Positions 1 to 11,400 of a stretch of DNA of 64,000 nucleotides are shown here, in pieces. A model generated the notes under the pieces. That model saw only the letters and a program-made list of their open reading frames with translations. It ran no database searches and was not told where the DNA came from. The translations under genes and the position numbers were made by a program. Position 1 is the stretch's first letter. Each line of letters opens with the position of its first letter. Source of the DNA: an uncultured delta proteobacterium (GTDB lineage Bacteria > Desulfobacterota > Desulfobacteria > Desulfobacterales > QNYZ01); contig CAWJQU010000002.1 of NCBI GenBank assembly GCA_963845145.1, positions 595,743 through 659,742 of the forward strand, in the 5' to 3' direction.

Positions 1-894
1 CTGCCCATTGGTTGAGCAGGCCACCTCGACTGCCCCGGCTTTTTCCGGCGAAAAACCGACTTTTTTCATCAGCGGGATCGTGAAAGTCCCGGTGGTGACC
101 ACATTGGCGATGGATGATCCCGATACCAGGCCGGTCAATCCGGATGAGACCACTGCAGCCTTAGCGGGTCCGCCCCGAAGATGGCCCAAACCAGCAAACG
201 CGGTCCGGATAAAGTAGTTGCCGGCCCCAGCCGATTCGAGCAAGGCACCGAACAGAACGAACATGAATACCATGCCGGTGGAAACACCCAAGGCGACACC
301 AAAAACACCTTCAGTTCCCAACCAGTAGTGGGACATCCCTTTGGAAATACTGGCGCCTTGGTGTGCAATCACAGCGGGCATATGGGGACCAAAAAAAGTA
401 TAGATAATAAATACACCGGCGACCACCATCAAGGGCGGGCCCAGCGCGCGGCGCGTGGCCTCCAACAGAAGAATCAGCCCGATAACCGCGACAATCAGGT
501 CAATCTGAAGCGGAGCACCCGGACGCGAGGATAAACCTTCATAAAAAATAAACAGATAGGCCGCGCAGAACGCCCCCACGAGTCCCACAACCCAGTCCTG
601 AACAGGGATATGATCTCTGGGTGATGATTTAAACGTGGGATAGGCCGTATAAGAAAGAAAAACGGCAAAGGCCAGGTGGATGGCCCGGGCTTCCGTTGAA
701 TTAAAAACTAAAAAATTAAACATAAATGGCAGAGGAGATGAGTACCAGAGCTGAAACAATGTCCAGGTCAGTGGTACGTAAAAGAGAATTTTTTTCGGAA
801 TCGTGCCGGTTGGATTTCGGGCGCCAGTATCTGACTCGGCAATCATCTCCTGAAGCTGTTCTTCGGATTTCAGGCTATCTGTCGATTCGGTCAT
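1..894 (-). CDS. TRAP transporter fused permease (4TM/12TM, TAXI-associated), 5' part; runs off left edge
   Basis: Manual translation from ATG at 894 (MTESTDSLKSEEQLQEMIAESDTGARNP...) gives a hydrophobic frame containing AIHLAFAVFLSY and TFTIPLMKKVGFSPEKAGAVEVACSTNGQ; lies downstream of the TAXI receptor. Confidence 0.88.
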   Translation of the reverse strand, partial: MTESTDSLKSEEQLQEMIAESDTGARNPTGTIPKKILFYVPLTWTLFQLWYSSPLPFMFNFLVFNSTEARAIHLAFAVFLSYTAYPTFKSSPRDHIPVQDWVVGLVGAFCAAYLFIFYEGLSSRPGAPLQIDLIVAVIGLILLLEATRRALGPPLMVVAGVFIIYTFFGPHMPAVIAHQGASISKGMSHYWLGTEGVFGVALGVSTGMVFMFVLFGALLESAGAGNYFIRTAFAGLGHLRGGPAKAAVVSSGLTGLVSGSSIANVVTTGTFTIPLMKKVGFSPEKAGAVEVACSTNGQ

Positions 895-929
895 AGCGAT
901 GATTCCTTCTATATGGTTTATTATCCATC

Positions 930-1055
930 TAGAACTGGCTTCAAAGCCCTGTGGCGGTGATTAAAACCTCCTTATAATGGCACTTATTTATAAATGCGCC
1001 ATCGTGAGGCGGCCTCTTGCCTTCGACTTAATTCGGGGTTTTGAAACCAGCTCTA
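930..1055. mobile_element. MITE-like element with 20-bp imperfect terminal inverted repeats, TA at both ends
   Basis: Left TAGAACTGGCTTCAAAGCCC vs reverse complement of right end TAGAGCTGGTTTCAAAACCC (17/20); no ORF inside. Confidence 0.6.
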
Positions 1056-1123
1056 AGCATTGGCGAAAAGTCTTAGGCCGGCATAAAAAATGATGTTCCC
1101 AGCCGTATTGATATCGGGATCCC

Positions 1124-1157
1124 GATAAAGTGCGTCGGTTACCCGACGCACTTTATC
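1124..1157 (-). terminator. Perfect 15-bp stem-loop after the TAXI receptor gene (terminator or mRNA stabiliser)
   Basis: GATAAAGTGCGTCGG-ttac-CCGACGCACTTTATC. Confidence 0.65.
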
Positions 1158-1179
1158 TGATTCATGTCCCGTCAACAAA

Positions 1180-2157
1180 TTACATCAGGCCGGCTTCCTT
1201 ATAGTATTTCATAGCACCATCGTGCAGTGGTGCCGAAAGCCCATCCTTGATCATCTCTTCTTTCTTCAGAACCTTAAATGCCGGATGAAGTTTTTTGAAC
1301 TCATCAAAATTCTCGAAAACCGCCTTGACCACATTGTAGATCACATCTTCGGGTACCTTTGCCGAGGACACAAAAGTGGCGCCGACGCCGAATGTCTGAG
1401 TGTCCGCATCCGTACCGCGATACATACCGCCGGGAATCGTGGCCGTTCGGTAGTAGGCATTTTCTGTCACCAGCTTGTCGATCTCGGGACCGGTAACATT
1501 TACCATCACGGAGTCGCAGGAGGTGGTGGCTTCTTTGATGGATCCACTGGGATGACCCACGGTAAATACGATGGCGTCAATCTTGTTATCGCACAACGCA
1601 CTGGACTGCTCGGCGGACTTCAACTCGGAAGCCAGCTTAAAATCATCTTTGGTCCAACCCAAAGCGCCCATGACCACTTCCATGGTACCGCGTTGGCCAG
1701 ATCCGGGATTGCCGATATTGACCCGTTTGCCCTTAAGATCCTGAAAGTTCTTGATACCGGAATCGGTACGGGCGACAACGGTAAACGGCTCGGGATGAAC
1801 CGAGAATACCGCCCGCAAGTCTTTGTTGGGGCCTTTTGCCTCGAATTTGCTGGTGCCGTTATAGGCATGGTACTGCCAGTCGGATTGGGCCACGCCCATG
1901 TCCAGCTCGCCGGCGGCAATGGTATTCAGGTTATAGACCGAGCCCCCGGTGCTTTCCACCGTGCAGCGAATGCCGTGCTCTTTTTTGGTTTTATTCACCA
2001 AACGACAAATGGCGCCGCCGGTGGGATAATAGACACCAGTGACGCCACCGGTACCGATGGTAACAAAGGTTTGGTCCGCGGCCTGGGTCGGTGCAGCACC
2101 CATAAATAGTGCCAGTCCGAAAATAATAGCTACGCTAAACAGAATCGCTTTTTTCAT
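1180..2157 (-). CDS. TAXI family TRAP transporter solute-binding protein
   Basis: Signal peptide; [27 protein letters not shown] and PLHDGA motifs. Confidence 0.95.
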   Translation of the reverse strand: MKKAILFSVAIIFGLALFMGAAPTQAADQTFVTIGTGGVTGVYYPTGGAICRLVNKTKKEHGIRCTVESTGGSVYNLNTIAAGELDMGVAQSDWQYHAYNGTSKFEAKGPNKDLRAVFSVHPEPFTVVARTDSGIKNFQDLKGKRVNIGNPGSGQRGTMEVVMGALGWTKDDFKLASELKSAEQSSALCDNKIDAIVFTVGHPSGSIKEATTSCDSVMVNVTGPEIDKLVTENAYYRTATIPGGMYRGTDADTQTFGVGATFVSSAKVPEDVIYNVVKAVFENFDEFKKLHPAFKVLKKEEMIKDGLSAPLHDGAMKYYKEAGLM

Positions 2158-2317
2158 TGGAATCCTCCTTGCTTCTGATAATGGGTTTCATGATACGGAG
2201 CGGACAACATTGCCCGTTCCGAGAGAGTGGTTCCCCCCTTCATAAGATCACCTTTGATTAGAAAACCTCAGTCAAAGGGATAGAAATTGATAGGCGGGAA
2301 TTAACTGAATGTCGATT

Positions 2318-2346
2318 ATTTTACAATAATCATTCGGTTTTTACAA
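2318..2346 (-). promoter_or_regulatory. Putative sigma70 promoter for TAXI-TRAP operon
   Basis: Minus strand TTGTAA-17 nt-TAAAAT. Confidence 0.5.
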
Positions 2347-2391
2347 GGCAAGATGGGAATCGCCTTTTTCATCCCTAAATGTCCACAGGAA

Positions 2392-4539
2392 TTAACCGCC
2401 ATGATCATCACGTAAAATAATCCGCACATCCACAATGCTTAACTTGTTTTCATGGACAATAACGGGATTTAAATCCATTTCATCAATTTCCGGATACGCT
2501 TCAACGATTTCAGATACCTTTAACAAGAGCGCCTTAATCGCCTTCTTGTCTGAGGCTGGGTTTCCCCGTACCCCGTTCAGGATCTCAGCGGTTCGTAACT
2601 CGCCCATCATCGCCTCGGCCCCCACGGGCGTTAAAGGGAGTACTCTGAAGGAAACATCTTTTAGTATCTCCACCAGTACGCCGCCCAATCCAAACATGAT
2701 AATCGGCCCAAACTGATCATCTCTTTTGGTACCGATAATGACCTCCACGCCCGGCTTGGCCATGGGGGTTACAAGCACGCCACGAATATCAGCGTCGACA
2801 TTATATCTTTTCGCGTTGCCGATTATCTCATCAAAGGCCCGCCGAACCTCTTCGTCGGTTGCCAGATTAAGCCGAACACCACCCGCATCGCTTTTGTGTA
2901 AAATTTGCGGCGATACGATCTTCAAGGCCACGGGTCCATCGATCTTTTCAGCTGCAGTGACGACTTCATCGGCCGTTTTCATCGGTGCGTTCGTGAACAC
3001 CGACAGGCCATGCTCGGATAGCAACGCTCTCGCTTCGTGCTCCAACAAGGCACCGCGGCCTTCCTTTTGGGCCACATGGATCATCTCAACGCCTCTGGCA
3101 GTCGCGTTGGTTCCCCAATTCAGGTTTAAGTCGGCATCTATCTCTGGAGAATTCAGGTAGGCACCGTAGGTTGCTAAGGCGCTGATACATTTACAAGCGA
3201 TATCGACCGAACCGAAAGTGGGGATACCCAATGACCGTAATTCCTCAAGTGCTGGCGGGCGAGAAGCGTTGAAAAGACTATGCATAACAATCGGTTTGCT
3301 TGATTTTCCCACCAGTGCCCCCATTTGCCGGGCAGCTTCTTCCTCAATCACCGCCAGGCTTTCAGCAAACCGGATGCCATAACCACCGAAAAGGCCTACC
3401 ATGAGAAGACCGCCTACGGCCGGATCCTCAAGTATGATACGGACACATTCGGCAAAAATCATTGGATCGGCATCACCCCCGCCGGCCACATCCACGGGAT
3501 TGGGCAGCGATGCGGCAAAAGGAAGAATTTTTCGAAGTTTTTCCTGTGTTTCTTCGCCGAGGATCGGCAAATTCACACCCATATCGGTCAACAGGTCCGA
3601 TGCGATGGTGGCATGCCCGCCACCGTCTGCCAATATCGCCACGTTGTTGTTTTTAATGGGCGGCAGGCTCGACAGGGTTTCGGCCACGGGAAACAGCTCA
3701 TCACTGTTCTCCAGCACCACGATTCCGGCACGGGTAAACGCCCCTTTGGCCACTTCCGCCATACCGGCCAATGCGCCGGTATGGGAACCGGCCGAGCGCC
3801 GCCCCGTAGCGGACCGCCCGCCTTTCAACAGAACAATCGGCTTTTGTCGGGTCGTCCGGCGCGCTTCGGTGATAAAGGAACGCCCGTCACGCATGCCCTC
3901 CACATACATCAAAATGACACGGGTGTCCGGATCTGCCCTGAAATGCGCCAGATACTCATGAAAATGAATATCCGCCTCGTTCCCGACGCCCACATAGTAA
4001 GAAAACCCCTTTTGGCTGAGGGTTTTGGCCTCGGTGATCAGCGTCAAGGCCATATTGCCGGATTGGGTTAACAGGGCGATATCCCCCCTGGGGACATTGC
4101 GCATACCCACTAGGTTCAGATTCTTTTTCAAATTCATCATTCCCGACGTATTGGGGCCGATGAGCCGAATGCCATGTTTTTGGGCTGTTTGGGTTACCTG
4201 GTTCTGAAGTGCCCTGCCCTCTTCACCCAACTCCCCAAACCCACCTGCAATGATCACGGCACCCTGAACCCCTTTGGCGCCGCAATCCTCAAGAATGGCC
4301 GGAATCGTTTGAGCCGGTGTGGTAATCAGGGCCAGATCCACCGGACCGGGAATGTCCGACACATTGGTATGGCAGGGTAGATCCAGGATGGTCTTTTCTT
4401 TAGGGTTTACGGGGTAAATGTCTCCGGCGTACCGCTCCTCAATCAAGGTGCGAATAGCCTGGAAGCCACGTTTCGTTTCGTTTTTGGAAGCGCCGATAAT
4501 GGCAATGGATTCGGCGTTCAATATTTTTTCAAGGGACAT
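2392..4539 (-). CDS. ADP-forming acetate/acyl-CoA ligase (fused alpha-beta, ATP-grasp)
   Basis: CoA-binding N-terminus (IAIIGAS, IGPN), SHTGALAG phospho-His, HKSDAGGV, FGPIIMFGLGG, EMDLNPV. Confidence 0.93.
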   Translation of the reverse strand: MSLEKILNAESIAIIGASKNETKRGFQAIRTLIEERYAGDIYPVNPKEKTILDLPCHTNVSDIPGPVDLALITTPAQTIPAILEDCGAKGVQGAVIIAGGFGELGEEGRALQNQVTQTAQKHGIRLIGPNTSGMMNLKKNLNLVGMRNVPRGDIALLTQSGNMALTLITEAKTLSQKGFSYYVGVGNEADIHFHEYLAHFRADPDTRVILMYVEGMRDGRSFITEARRTTRQKPIVLLKGGRSATGRRSAGSHTGALAGMAEVAKGAFTRAGIVVLENSDELFPVAETLSSLPPIKNNNVAILADGGGHATIASDLLTDMGVNLPILGEETQEKLRKILPFAASLPNPVDVAGGGDADPMIFAECVRIILEDPAVGGLLMVGLFGGYGIRFAESLAVIEEEAARQMGALVGKSSKPIVMHSLFNASRPPALEELRSLGIPTFGSVDIACKCISALATYGAYLNSPEIDADLNLNWGTNATARGVEMIHVAQKEGRGALLEHEARALLSEHGLSVFTNAPMKTADEVVTAAEKIDGPVALKIVSPQILHKSDAGGVRLNLATDEEVRRAFDEIIGNAKRYNVDADIRGVLVTPMAKPGVEVIIGTKRDDQFGPIIMFGLGGVLVEILKDVSFRVLPLTPVGAEAMMGELRTAEILNGVRGNPASDKKAIKALLLKVSEIVEAYPEIDEMDLNPVIVHENKLSIVDVRIILRDDHGG

Positions 4540-4550
4540 CCCCCGGCCTC

Positions 4551-5315
4551 CTATTTCTTTCTATCCGCGAAGTCATCCAAAGATGCTTGTCGTTCCTTGG
4601 TCGATACACAGGCAAGGCAAGCTTCCACTTCAAAATCCATCAACGCCTCCAGGCTGATGTTATCCTGGGCCATAAGCAGGCCTTTTTTGATCAGTTTAAT
4701 GGAAAAGGCCGAGTTTTGAGCGATCTGCTTCGCCATTTCGCGGGCTTCATCCATCAATTGTTGTAGTGGCACGGCCTTATTTACCAGCCCAATGCGCTCG
4801 GCTTCGTCACCGTCAATATACGCACCTGTAAAAAGAAGTTCCCTTGCTTTTCCCGGCCCAATCAGGTCCTGCACCAATCGCATGGCACCCCCCGTGACGG
4901 AAGACGTCACCTTGGCTTCCGGAGATCCTATTTGAGCCTCTTTGGCGGCAATACGGATATCACATGCCAAGGCCAGCTCGTAGCCGGATCCCAGGGCATA
5001 GCCATTGATGGCCGCGATGGTCGGTTTTTCGAACCGAATAATCGTGCGCGATGTTTCCTGCAAAGCTTCGAGATACGTACGGTAGTCCTCAAGGCTCCGT
5101 CCTTTGGAATCTTTCAGGTCCGCTCCGGTTGAAAAAGCGCGCCCCTCACCGGTAATAATCAATACATTTATTTTTACATCATCTTTCGCGTCTGCCAGAG
5201 CGGCCTGAAAATCAATCCACAATTGTTTGTTCATGGCGTTCAAAACGTCAGGACGATTAAGCGTGATGGTTGCGATCCCATCTAATTTTTCATAATTGAT
5301 GCATTCAAACTTCAT
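4551..5315 (-). CDS. Enoyl-CoA hydratase/isomerase family protein
   Basis: TLNRPDVLNA, AFSTGADL, KPTIAAINGYALGSGYELALACD; start placed at MKFEC with AGGAG RBS. Confidence 0.93.
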   Translation of the reverse strand: MKFECINYEKLDGIATITLNRPDVLNAMNKQLWIDFQAALADAKDDVKINVLIITGEGRAFSTGADLKDSKGRSLEDYRTYLEALQETSRTIIRFEKPTIAAINGYALGSGYELALACDIRIAAKEAQIGSPEAKVTSSVTGGAMRLVQDLIGPGKARELLFTGAYIDGDEAERIGLVNKAVPLQQLMDEAREMAKQIAQNSAFSIKLIKKGLLMAQDNISLEALMDFEVEACLACVSTKERQASLDDFADRKK

Positions 5316-5339
5316 TATGTCTCCTGTTAGTGCTATCTG

Positions 5340-5374
5340 CCGAATCATTTCATTTTGCCCGAATCATTTCATTT
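5340..5374. repeat. Direct repeat CCGAATCATTTCATTT x2 (19-bp period) upstream of the hydratase
   Basis: Seen directly at 5340-5355 and 5359-5374. Confidence 0.7.
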
Positions 5375-5415
5375 AAATTTGGTTCCCAATGACTCTGGAC
5401 AAACTTACCATCCAA

Positions 5416-6279
5416 CTATTTAATAAAGGTATTATGAATGCCAAACTCCTTTTCGAGTTGGTCCAACATGGGTATCGCTTTATCTTTTTCCTTCAATGCA
5501 ATCGCGGTGATCAGTGCATTCAAGAGACTCATTGGCGCAGTATACGATTCGAAGTAAGCTGGAATTTTTGTTTCCGCGATGAGCGCTAAATCGCTTAGTT
5601 GCGCCGTAGGGGAAAGCTCGCTATTGGTGATCGCAATAATATAAGGCCGCTTTTCCCTGATTTTTTCAGTGATCGCTACCGTCTCCCGGGTATGCCGCTT
5701 AAAACTGATGACGACCAGCACATCGGATGGACCAATATGCCGGAACTGCTCCGGGATATCGCCTACACCTAATTCAATCAGCCGGACAGAATCTAAAAAA
5801 AACCGCAGATCAAAGGCCAGGTAAAACGCCAGCGCATAGCTGGATCGCAATCCCAGGATGTATAAATTTTTGGCCGAACAGAGTTTATTTACCGCCTGGT
5901 TGAATGTCTTTTCCGATATCCGCATGCTCAGATCACCGATTTTTTCGATATCGCCGGACAAAATATCGGTAAATAGTGAACGGCGGCCTTCAAGGGTTTT
6001 GGCCGATTCAATCAACCGGCTGGAGGTGGAAGAGCCCTCCAATACCTTCTGCCCTACAACCCGCTTGAACTCTGAAAACCCGGAATATCCAAGGCTATTG
6101 ATAAAACGGATCACCGTGGCTTCGGAAACCCCCGCCTGGGAGGCAATCTGCATCGCGTTGGAAAGAATCGCATCATTCAAATGATGAAAAATGTAATCGG
6201 CGACCTTGCGCTGGCTGGGCGGTAGCGTTTTATAATTCGATGAGATTTTTTTTAGAAGTGCTTTCATGGACGCACGCAC
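5416..6279 (-). CDS. MurR/RpiR family transcriptional regulator
   Basis: HTH (GVSEATVIRFINSLGYSGFSEFK) plus SIS domain. Confidence 0.93.
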   Translation of the reverse strand: MRASMKALLKKISSNYKTLPPSQRKVADYIFHHLNDAILSNAMQIASQAGVSEATVIRFINSLGYSGFSEFKRVVGQKVLEGSSTSSRLIESAKTLEGRRSLFTDILSGDIEKIGDLSMRISEKTFNQAVNKLCSAKNLYILGLRSSYALAFYLAFDLRFFLDSVRLIELGVGDIPEQFRHIGPSDVLVVISFKRHTRETVAITEKIREKRPYIIAITNSELSPTAQLSDLALIAETKIPAYFESYTAPMSLLNALITAIALKEKDKAIPMLDQLEKEFGIHNTFIK

Positions 6280-6312
6280 TTTGAGGGAAAATATTCATGT
6301 AAATGAATTATG

Positions 6313-6327
6313 ATGAAATAATTTCAT
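6313..6327. promoter_or_regulatory. Palindrome ATGAAATAATTTCAT, candidate RpiR autoregulatory operator
   Basis: 7-1-7 palindrome just upstream of rpiR and downstream of a minus-strand TTGACA. Confidence 0.4.
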
Positions 6328-6532
6328 AATTCCGAATGCCTGTCAATCTATATTAGGCGTTTTATCAGGCCAAAATAAAAAAATAGGATATTTGCAAAAC
6401 GTCGAATGAACGTTAATTTATTCAAAATGCATAAAATCCTTTAAAATCTTCTTTTATCTTTCATTAATAAATAATCGGTATTAAGGTCGGTCAGGATTAC
6501 CACGATTACGAAACCGACCGGAAGTTGCCATC

Positions 6533-7594
6533 ATGATAAAAAAAGCCCTCCTGTTAATGGCGCTCATCATCTTTTTAACCGCTGCTTATTATCCGGCATC
6601 GGCGGAATCCCCGCCTCAAATCAGAATCGCCATTAAAGAATTCCCCCCGTTTGTTTTTAAAGAGTTAAAAGGCTTCTGCATCGATTTGGCCCGAATCATT
6701 TGTGAAAAAAATAATTTGACGCCAAAATTTGTGCGCTACGATAGTGTTCCGGAACTCCTCGATGCTGTGGCTTCCAAAGAGTGTCACCTGGCTTTTTCAG
6801 GCATTACCATTACGGCCGAGCGTGAAAAACGGCTGGATTTTTCTCAGCCTTTTTTTGACTCCGGTCTGTCCATCGCCGTACGAGCGGAAGGATCAAAAAA
6901 ATTTACGGGGATTCCTAAAGCGGTTTTAAAGCTGATCGGTTATTCGGTTCTTATCCTTTTTATCGCCCTGACCGTTGTGGCGCATGTCATCTGGTTTATC
7001 GAAAAAAACGATGCGGAGCCTAAAAGCTTTTCAACCCACTACGGCCGGGGGATCATGGGCGCATATTGGTGGGCAGTGGTTACCATGACAACTGTCGGAT
7101 ATGGGGACAAGTGCCCGAAAAAGGTCAGTGGCCGGTTTATTGCCGCCATTTGGATGATCATCGGTATTATGTGGTTTGCCGGGTTTACGGCGACGCTATC
7201 TTCAGCCCTGACCGTGGAAAGAATGGAACATGGCGAGATTGCAGGCTTATCGGATCTAAACAATAAACATGTGGCGGTAATAAGAGGGACAACCAGCGAA
7301 AATTACCTTCGCTTTCATAATGTCAAGATGCTTTTGGCCGACAACCTGGATGATCTGGTCGGTATTTTAAAAAGGCAGAATGCGGATGCCATTGTGTATG
7401 ATGCGCCCGCGCTTTTGTATATTTCCAAAATGGATCCATCCATAAAAGTCGTGGGAGCGTTGTTTGATAAGCAACGCTACGGGGTTGTCTTTCCCCAAAA
7501 CGGAAACCTTCAGTATAAGGAATTGTTTAATATCGCCATCATCGATATGCAAAAAACCGGCGAGTATCAGAAAATTTATGACAAGTGGTTCTAA
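6533..7594 (+). CDS. Prokaryotic iGluR (GluR0)-like ligand-gated potassium channel
   Basis: Signal peptide, split family-3 substrate-binding domain (ITITAERE..DFSQPFF) around TM1-pore-TM2 with K+ filter TMTTVGYGD. Confidence 0.88.
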   Translation: MIKKALLLMALIIFLTAAYYPASAESPPQIRIAIKEFPPFVFKELKGFCIDLARIICEKNNLTPKFVRYDSVPELLDAVASKECHLAFSGITITAEREKRLDFSQPFFDSGLSIAVRAEGSKKFTGIPKAVLKLIGYSVLILFIALTVVAHVIWFIEKNDAEPKSFSTHYGRGIMGAYWWAVVTMTTVGYGDKCPKKVSGRFIAAIWMIIGIMWFAGFTATLSSALTVERMEHGEIAGLSDLNNKHVAVIRGTTSENYLRFHNVKMLLADNLDDLVGILKRQNADAIVYDAPALLYISKMDPSIKVVGALFDKQRYGVVFPQNGNLQYKELFNIAIIDMQKTGEYQKIYDKWF

Positions 7595-7599
7595 ACATC

Positions 7600-8445
7600 A
7601 TGCCCCCATTACATCATCAACCCATTCGTGTCAGTATCATTATCCCCACTTTCAACCGGGCATGGGCACTAAAGGATGCCATCGATTCGGTTTTGACCCA
7701 GAAGGCCGACAACTTTGAACTTATTGTTGTGGATGATGGCTCAAGTGACCATACCCAGGCGCTCTTGGCGGATTACACGGGACGGCTTGTCAATCTAAAA
7801 CAGAAGAACCGCGGTGTCAGTTCCGCCCGAAACGCTGGTATTCGCATTGCCCGCGGGTCATTGATCGCTTTTCTTGATTCTGACGATCAATGGCTGCCCG
7901 GCAAACTGGCAACCCAAACCGCTTTTTTTATGGCACACCCCGAAGCCGCCATTTGTCAAACCGAAGAGATCTGGGTCCGCAACGGCATCAGGGTTAACCC
8001 TAAAAAAAAGCACGCCAAACCATCCGGAGATATATTTGAACGTTCGCTCTCGCTATGCCTGGTCAGCCCGTCAGCGGTCATGCTGAGGCGGGAATTATTT
8101 GATGATGTGGGGCTTTTTGATGAGACCCTTCCGGCTTGCGAAGATTATGATCTGTGGCTACGGATCGGCTACCGGTATCCGGTTCATTTAATCAAAACGC
8201 CTTTGATTATGAAACGCGGCGGCCATTCGGACCAGCTGTCACGACAAACCGGACTGGATCGATATCGCATTCAGTCGTTGCTCGGCCTCATTCAAAGCGG
8301 CTGTTTATCATCTTCGCAACAATCGCAAGCCACAGCGGTTTTTAAGGAAAAGTGCCGCATATATGCCGAGGGGTGCCGAAAACGAGGGCGTGAAACCGAG
8401 GCCAAGTATTTTAACCGGTTAGCGAGGACCCGTTCAAAACCATAA
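7600..8445 (+). CDS. Glycosyltransferase family 2
   Basis: VSIIIPTFNR, VVDDGSSD, FLDSDD, EDYDLWLR. Confidence 0.92.
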   Translation: MPPLHHQPIRVSIIIPTFNRAWALKDAIDSVLTQKADNFELIVVDDGSSDHTQALLADYTGRLVNLKQKNRGVSSARNAGIRIARGSLIAFLDSDDQWLPGKLATQTAFFMAHPEAAICQTEEIWVRNGIRVNPKKKHAKPSGDIFERSLSLCLVSPSAVMLRRELFDDVGLFDETLPACEDYDLWLRIGYRYPVHLIKTPLIMKRGGHSDQLSRQTGLDRYRIQSLLGLIQSGCLSSSQQSQATAVFKEKCRIYAEGCRKRGRETEAKYFNRLARTRSKP

Positions 8446-8464
8446 GATAAAAAGCAGTGCGGGG

Positions 8465-11400
8465 TTAAACCATTCGTTCGCTTTCCAGCAGCAGCTCTTT
8501 TAATCGCTTGGCGGATACCGGGTGGGGGATCTTGAGTTCCTGGGCAAAAACCGACACCTTGTAGGCTTCCAGCAGCCAGAAAAAGGTTTCAACCGCCTCG
8601 CGTTTCATGCTGGATGTGGTCGGCGATAAACGATTTAACGCATCATCCAGTTGATCTGAAAAAAACCGGACTTTCTCGGCTTTGTGCTGGTCTTTATTCA
8701 GGTTCACCGCCCCCCGTTGGGCACGAATGGCAATCGCCTCGATATAATAGGGTAGATCATTCAATCGGTTTACGTCGTACAAAGCGATAAAGTTTTCAGG
8801 TATCAAACGGTTGAGGTCATCGAAACGCCGGTCAATGAAACGATTAAGAGAGATGTTCGCGATATATCTGGATTGCCACTCGGCCAGCCGGGTATGCGTA
8901 TGGTGGAAAGCGTTTAGGATCGGCACCACAGCTCCCAAGAGGGTCTGCCCGCCTTGATATAGCTGCTGAGCGGCGGCATTCAAATGCGCGAAAAACACTT
9001 TTTGTGTCCGAATATTTTTAGCAAACTGCGCCGATAAAACTTTTTCGAAGAGTTGAAGCTCCACGGTTGCCGGCCCACCGAATAAGGACGTTTTGGATCT
9101 TACCGCTTTTGGAACCTTCAATGTCCTTTTCAGATGTTTCACCTCTTTGCTCAGCTGTAATATCGCCAGCTGCTTGACACCTTTCGGATGGGCCTGTATC
9201 GCCTGCGCATAGCTCGAAAATAACCGCAGGCTGACGGTCTCCGGCTGGCCCGGCCTGGCCGGTTCAGCCGTTAATCCCGGGTATGCCACCCCTGGTGTGT
9301 CACCGTTCTGCCGGGTTCCATCCGCATTATCTTGGGGGGGCAGGTCAATGGACTTTGCAACCCCTTCAAAATCCCACTGGGTAATGTTCGTTCGCTCCCA
9401 GACCTTTTTATAATTATGCATTCGTTTCGAATCATCGGGCGCCACAAAGTCTTGACGTAAAATAGCCGGATTCCGACTACTTGCAATTTCCCGCCCCCCG
9501 GTGTCTACAATAACGATGCGCATTTTCAGATGATCCGGTAACGCACCGGGCGCCCAATTGAAAGCGGGGATGTGAATACCAAAGCACTGATGAATCACGC
9601 CGCCCAGGACATTGATCAAAGGCTGCCGATCTGTTTCACAGGGTATCTTTGTGACGATTTTTTCAACGGCTTGCGGCATTGGCCCCAATCGACGTCGATA
9701 GGTTTTCGGCAACCCTTTGACAAGGTCTTTGATCTTCTCGCCGATTAAACCCGGCACCAACCAGTCCGGAGCACCCACGGGAACTGTGGCGGCCGCCCCG
9801 GCGGGGATTTCCACAGTAACCCCATCGGCGGGATTACCGGGGTCGTAAATATAAGAACAGGGGTAGCGACTTTCTCCTAAATGAACCATATCAGGGTACC
9901 CGGCCAACAGCGATTCTTCCGGATGAAAACGCATCAAAGCTTCTTTGGGCATTTGCAGGAACGCATCTCCCCCGGCTGCTTTAATTTTTTTATTCAGTAA
10001 ACGGACATTCCAAACATCGGTAAGATGGCAGCGATAAAAATCGGCCACGACCTCCGTACCCACAAACAGATCCCGGCACCTCAGCCGGCTTTCCATGCTG
10101 ATAACCTCATCAATCAGAGTCTGGTTGTGATGAATAAACGCAAACGGTTGCCGCAGATCCGCCGGAACCAAAGCATCATCAATAAAAATATCACATGCTT
10201 TTTCCGTTTCGATCCGCCCGTAAACCACAGGGCGGCGAGAGACGATAACCAGTCCGAAGAGGCTTACCTGCTCGAAGGCCATCACGGTTTCTTTATGACG
10301 GTCCCAGTGGGGGTCGCTGTACGAATATCGGCAACGATCCTTGCCCAGGGCTTCCAGCCAGCCGGGATCAATGCGGGCGACGACACGGGCAAAAAGCCTC
10401 GAGGTCAGCACCATTTCGGCGGCCACGATCCACTTACCCGCCCGGTTAAACAGGCCGGAGCCCGGGAAAACCATGGCTTCCCGTCCTTTGGCGCCCATAT
10501 ACATGTTTTTCTCTTTTTTACAGGCGATATTGGAGAGAAAGCCGCTCAGGATCGACCGGTGCAATGCCGAATAATGAGGTGAAAAATCGCCGGCAGGCGT
10601 ATCGGCCAGGATATCCGCATCGGGCAATGGCCTGACGGACGTCCCCGACTCTTTTAAAATGGTGCATAGCTGTTGATGGATATCTTTCCATTCACGCATT
10701 CGTCGATAAGATACGAAATGTTTTTGACAGAGCCGCTTGATCTTTCGTGTCCCTATCCCCGTGGCCAACTCGGCCTGATACCACCGCCAGAGATTTACCA
10801 AGGAAATAAAATCGGATCGTTTATCAATCCAGGCGGCATGAGCCTGGTCGGCTGCTTCCTGCATTTCCAAAGGACGTTCCCGAGGGTCTTGAATACTTAG
10901 AGCTGCCGCGATAACGACGATCTCGGGCAGGCAGCCTTGTCGCCCGGCCTCAATCAGTATTCGGGAAAGGCGCGGATCAACGGGCAATCGCGCCATCATT
11001 CGTCCATCCGTCGTTAGTCGATACACACGACGATCATTGTTATTTTTACGGTGGGCCTGGATAATCGCACCCAGTTCCAATAATAGTTGATATCCATCCT
11101 GAATGCTTTTGGGTGAAGGTGAATCGATAAAGGGAAATTCGGCCATATCTCCCAATTTAAGCGCAACCATTTGCAATATGACATGCGCCAAATTCGCGCG
11201 CAGAATTTCAGGAGGTGTAAACATCGGCCGGGACAAATAATCTTCTTCTGAGTACAACCGCACACAAACCCCATCGGTAACCCGTCCGCAACGGCCTTTA
11301 CGCTGGTCCGCACTACTTCTGGAGATCGACTCTATCGGCAAAAGCGTGCACCGGGACCTTGGCGTATATCGGGAAATTCGCGCCAACCCGGTATCGACCA

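Noticed and set aside
1222..2109. 295-aa plus-strand ORF (also 39395-40288 and 3325-4071)
   Set aside because: Antisense shadows of well-supported, codon-biased genes; no motifs
2196..2221. Hairpin in the TAXI leader as a riboswitch
   Set aside because: Single imperfect stem, no recognisable aptamer consensus
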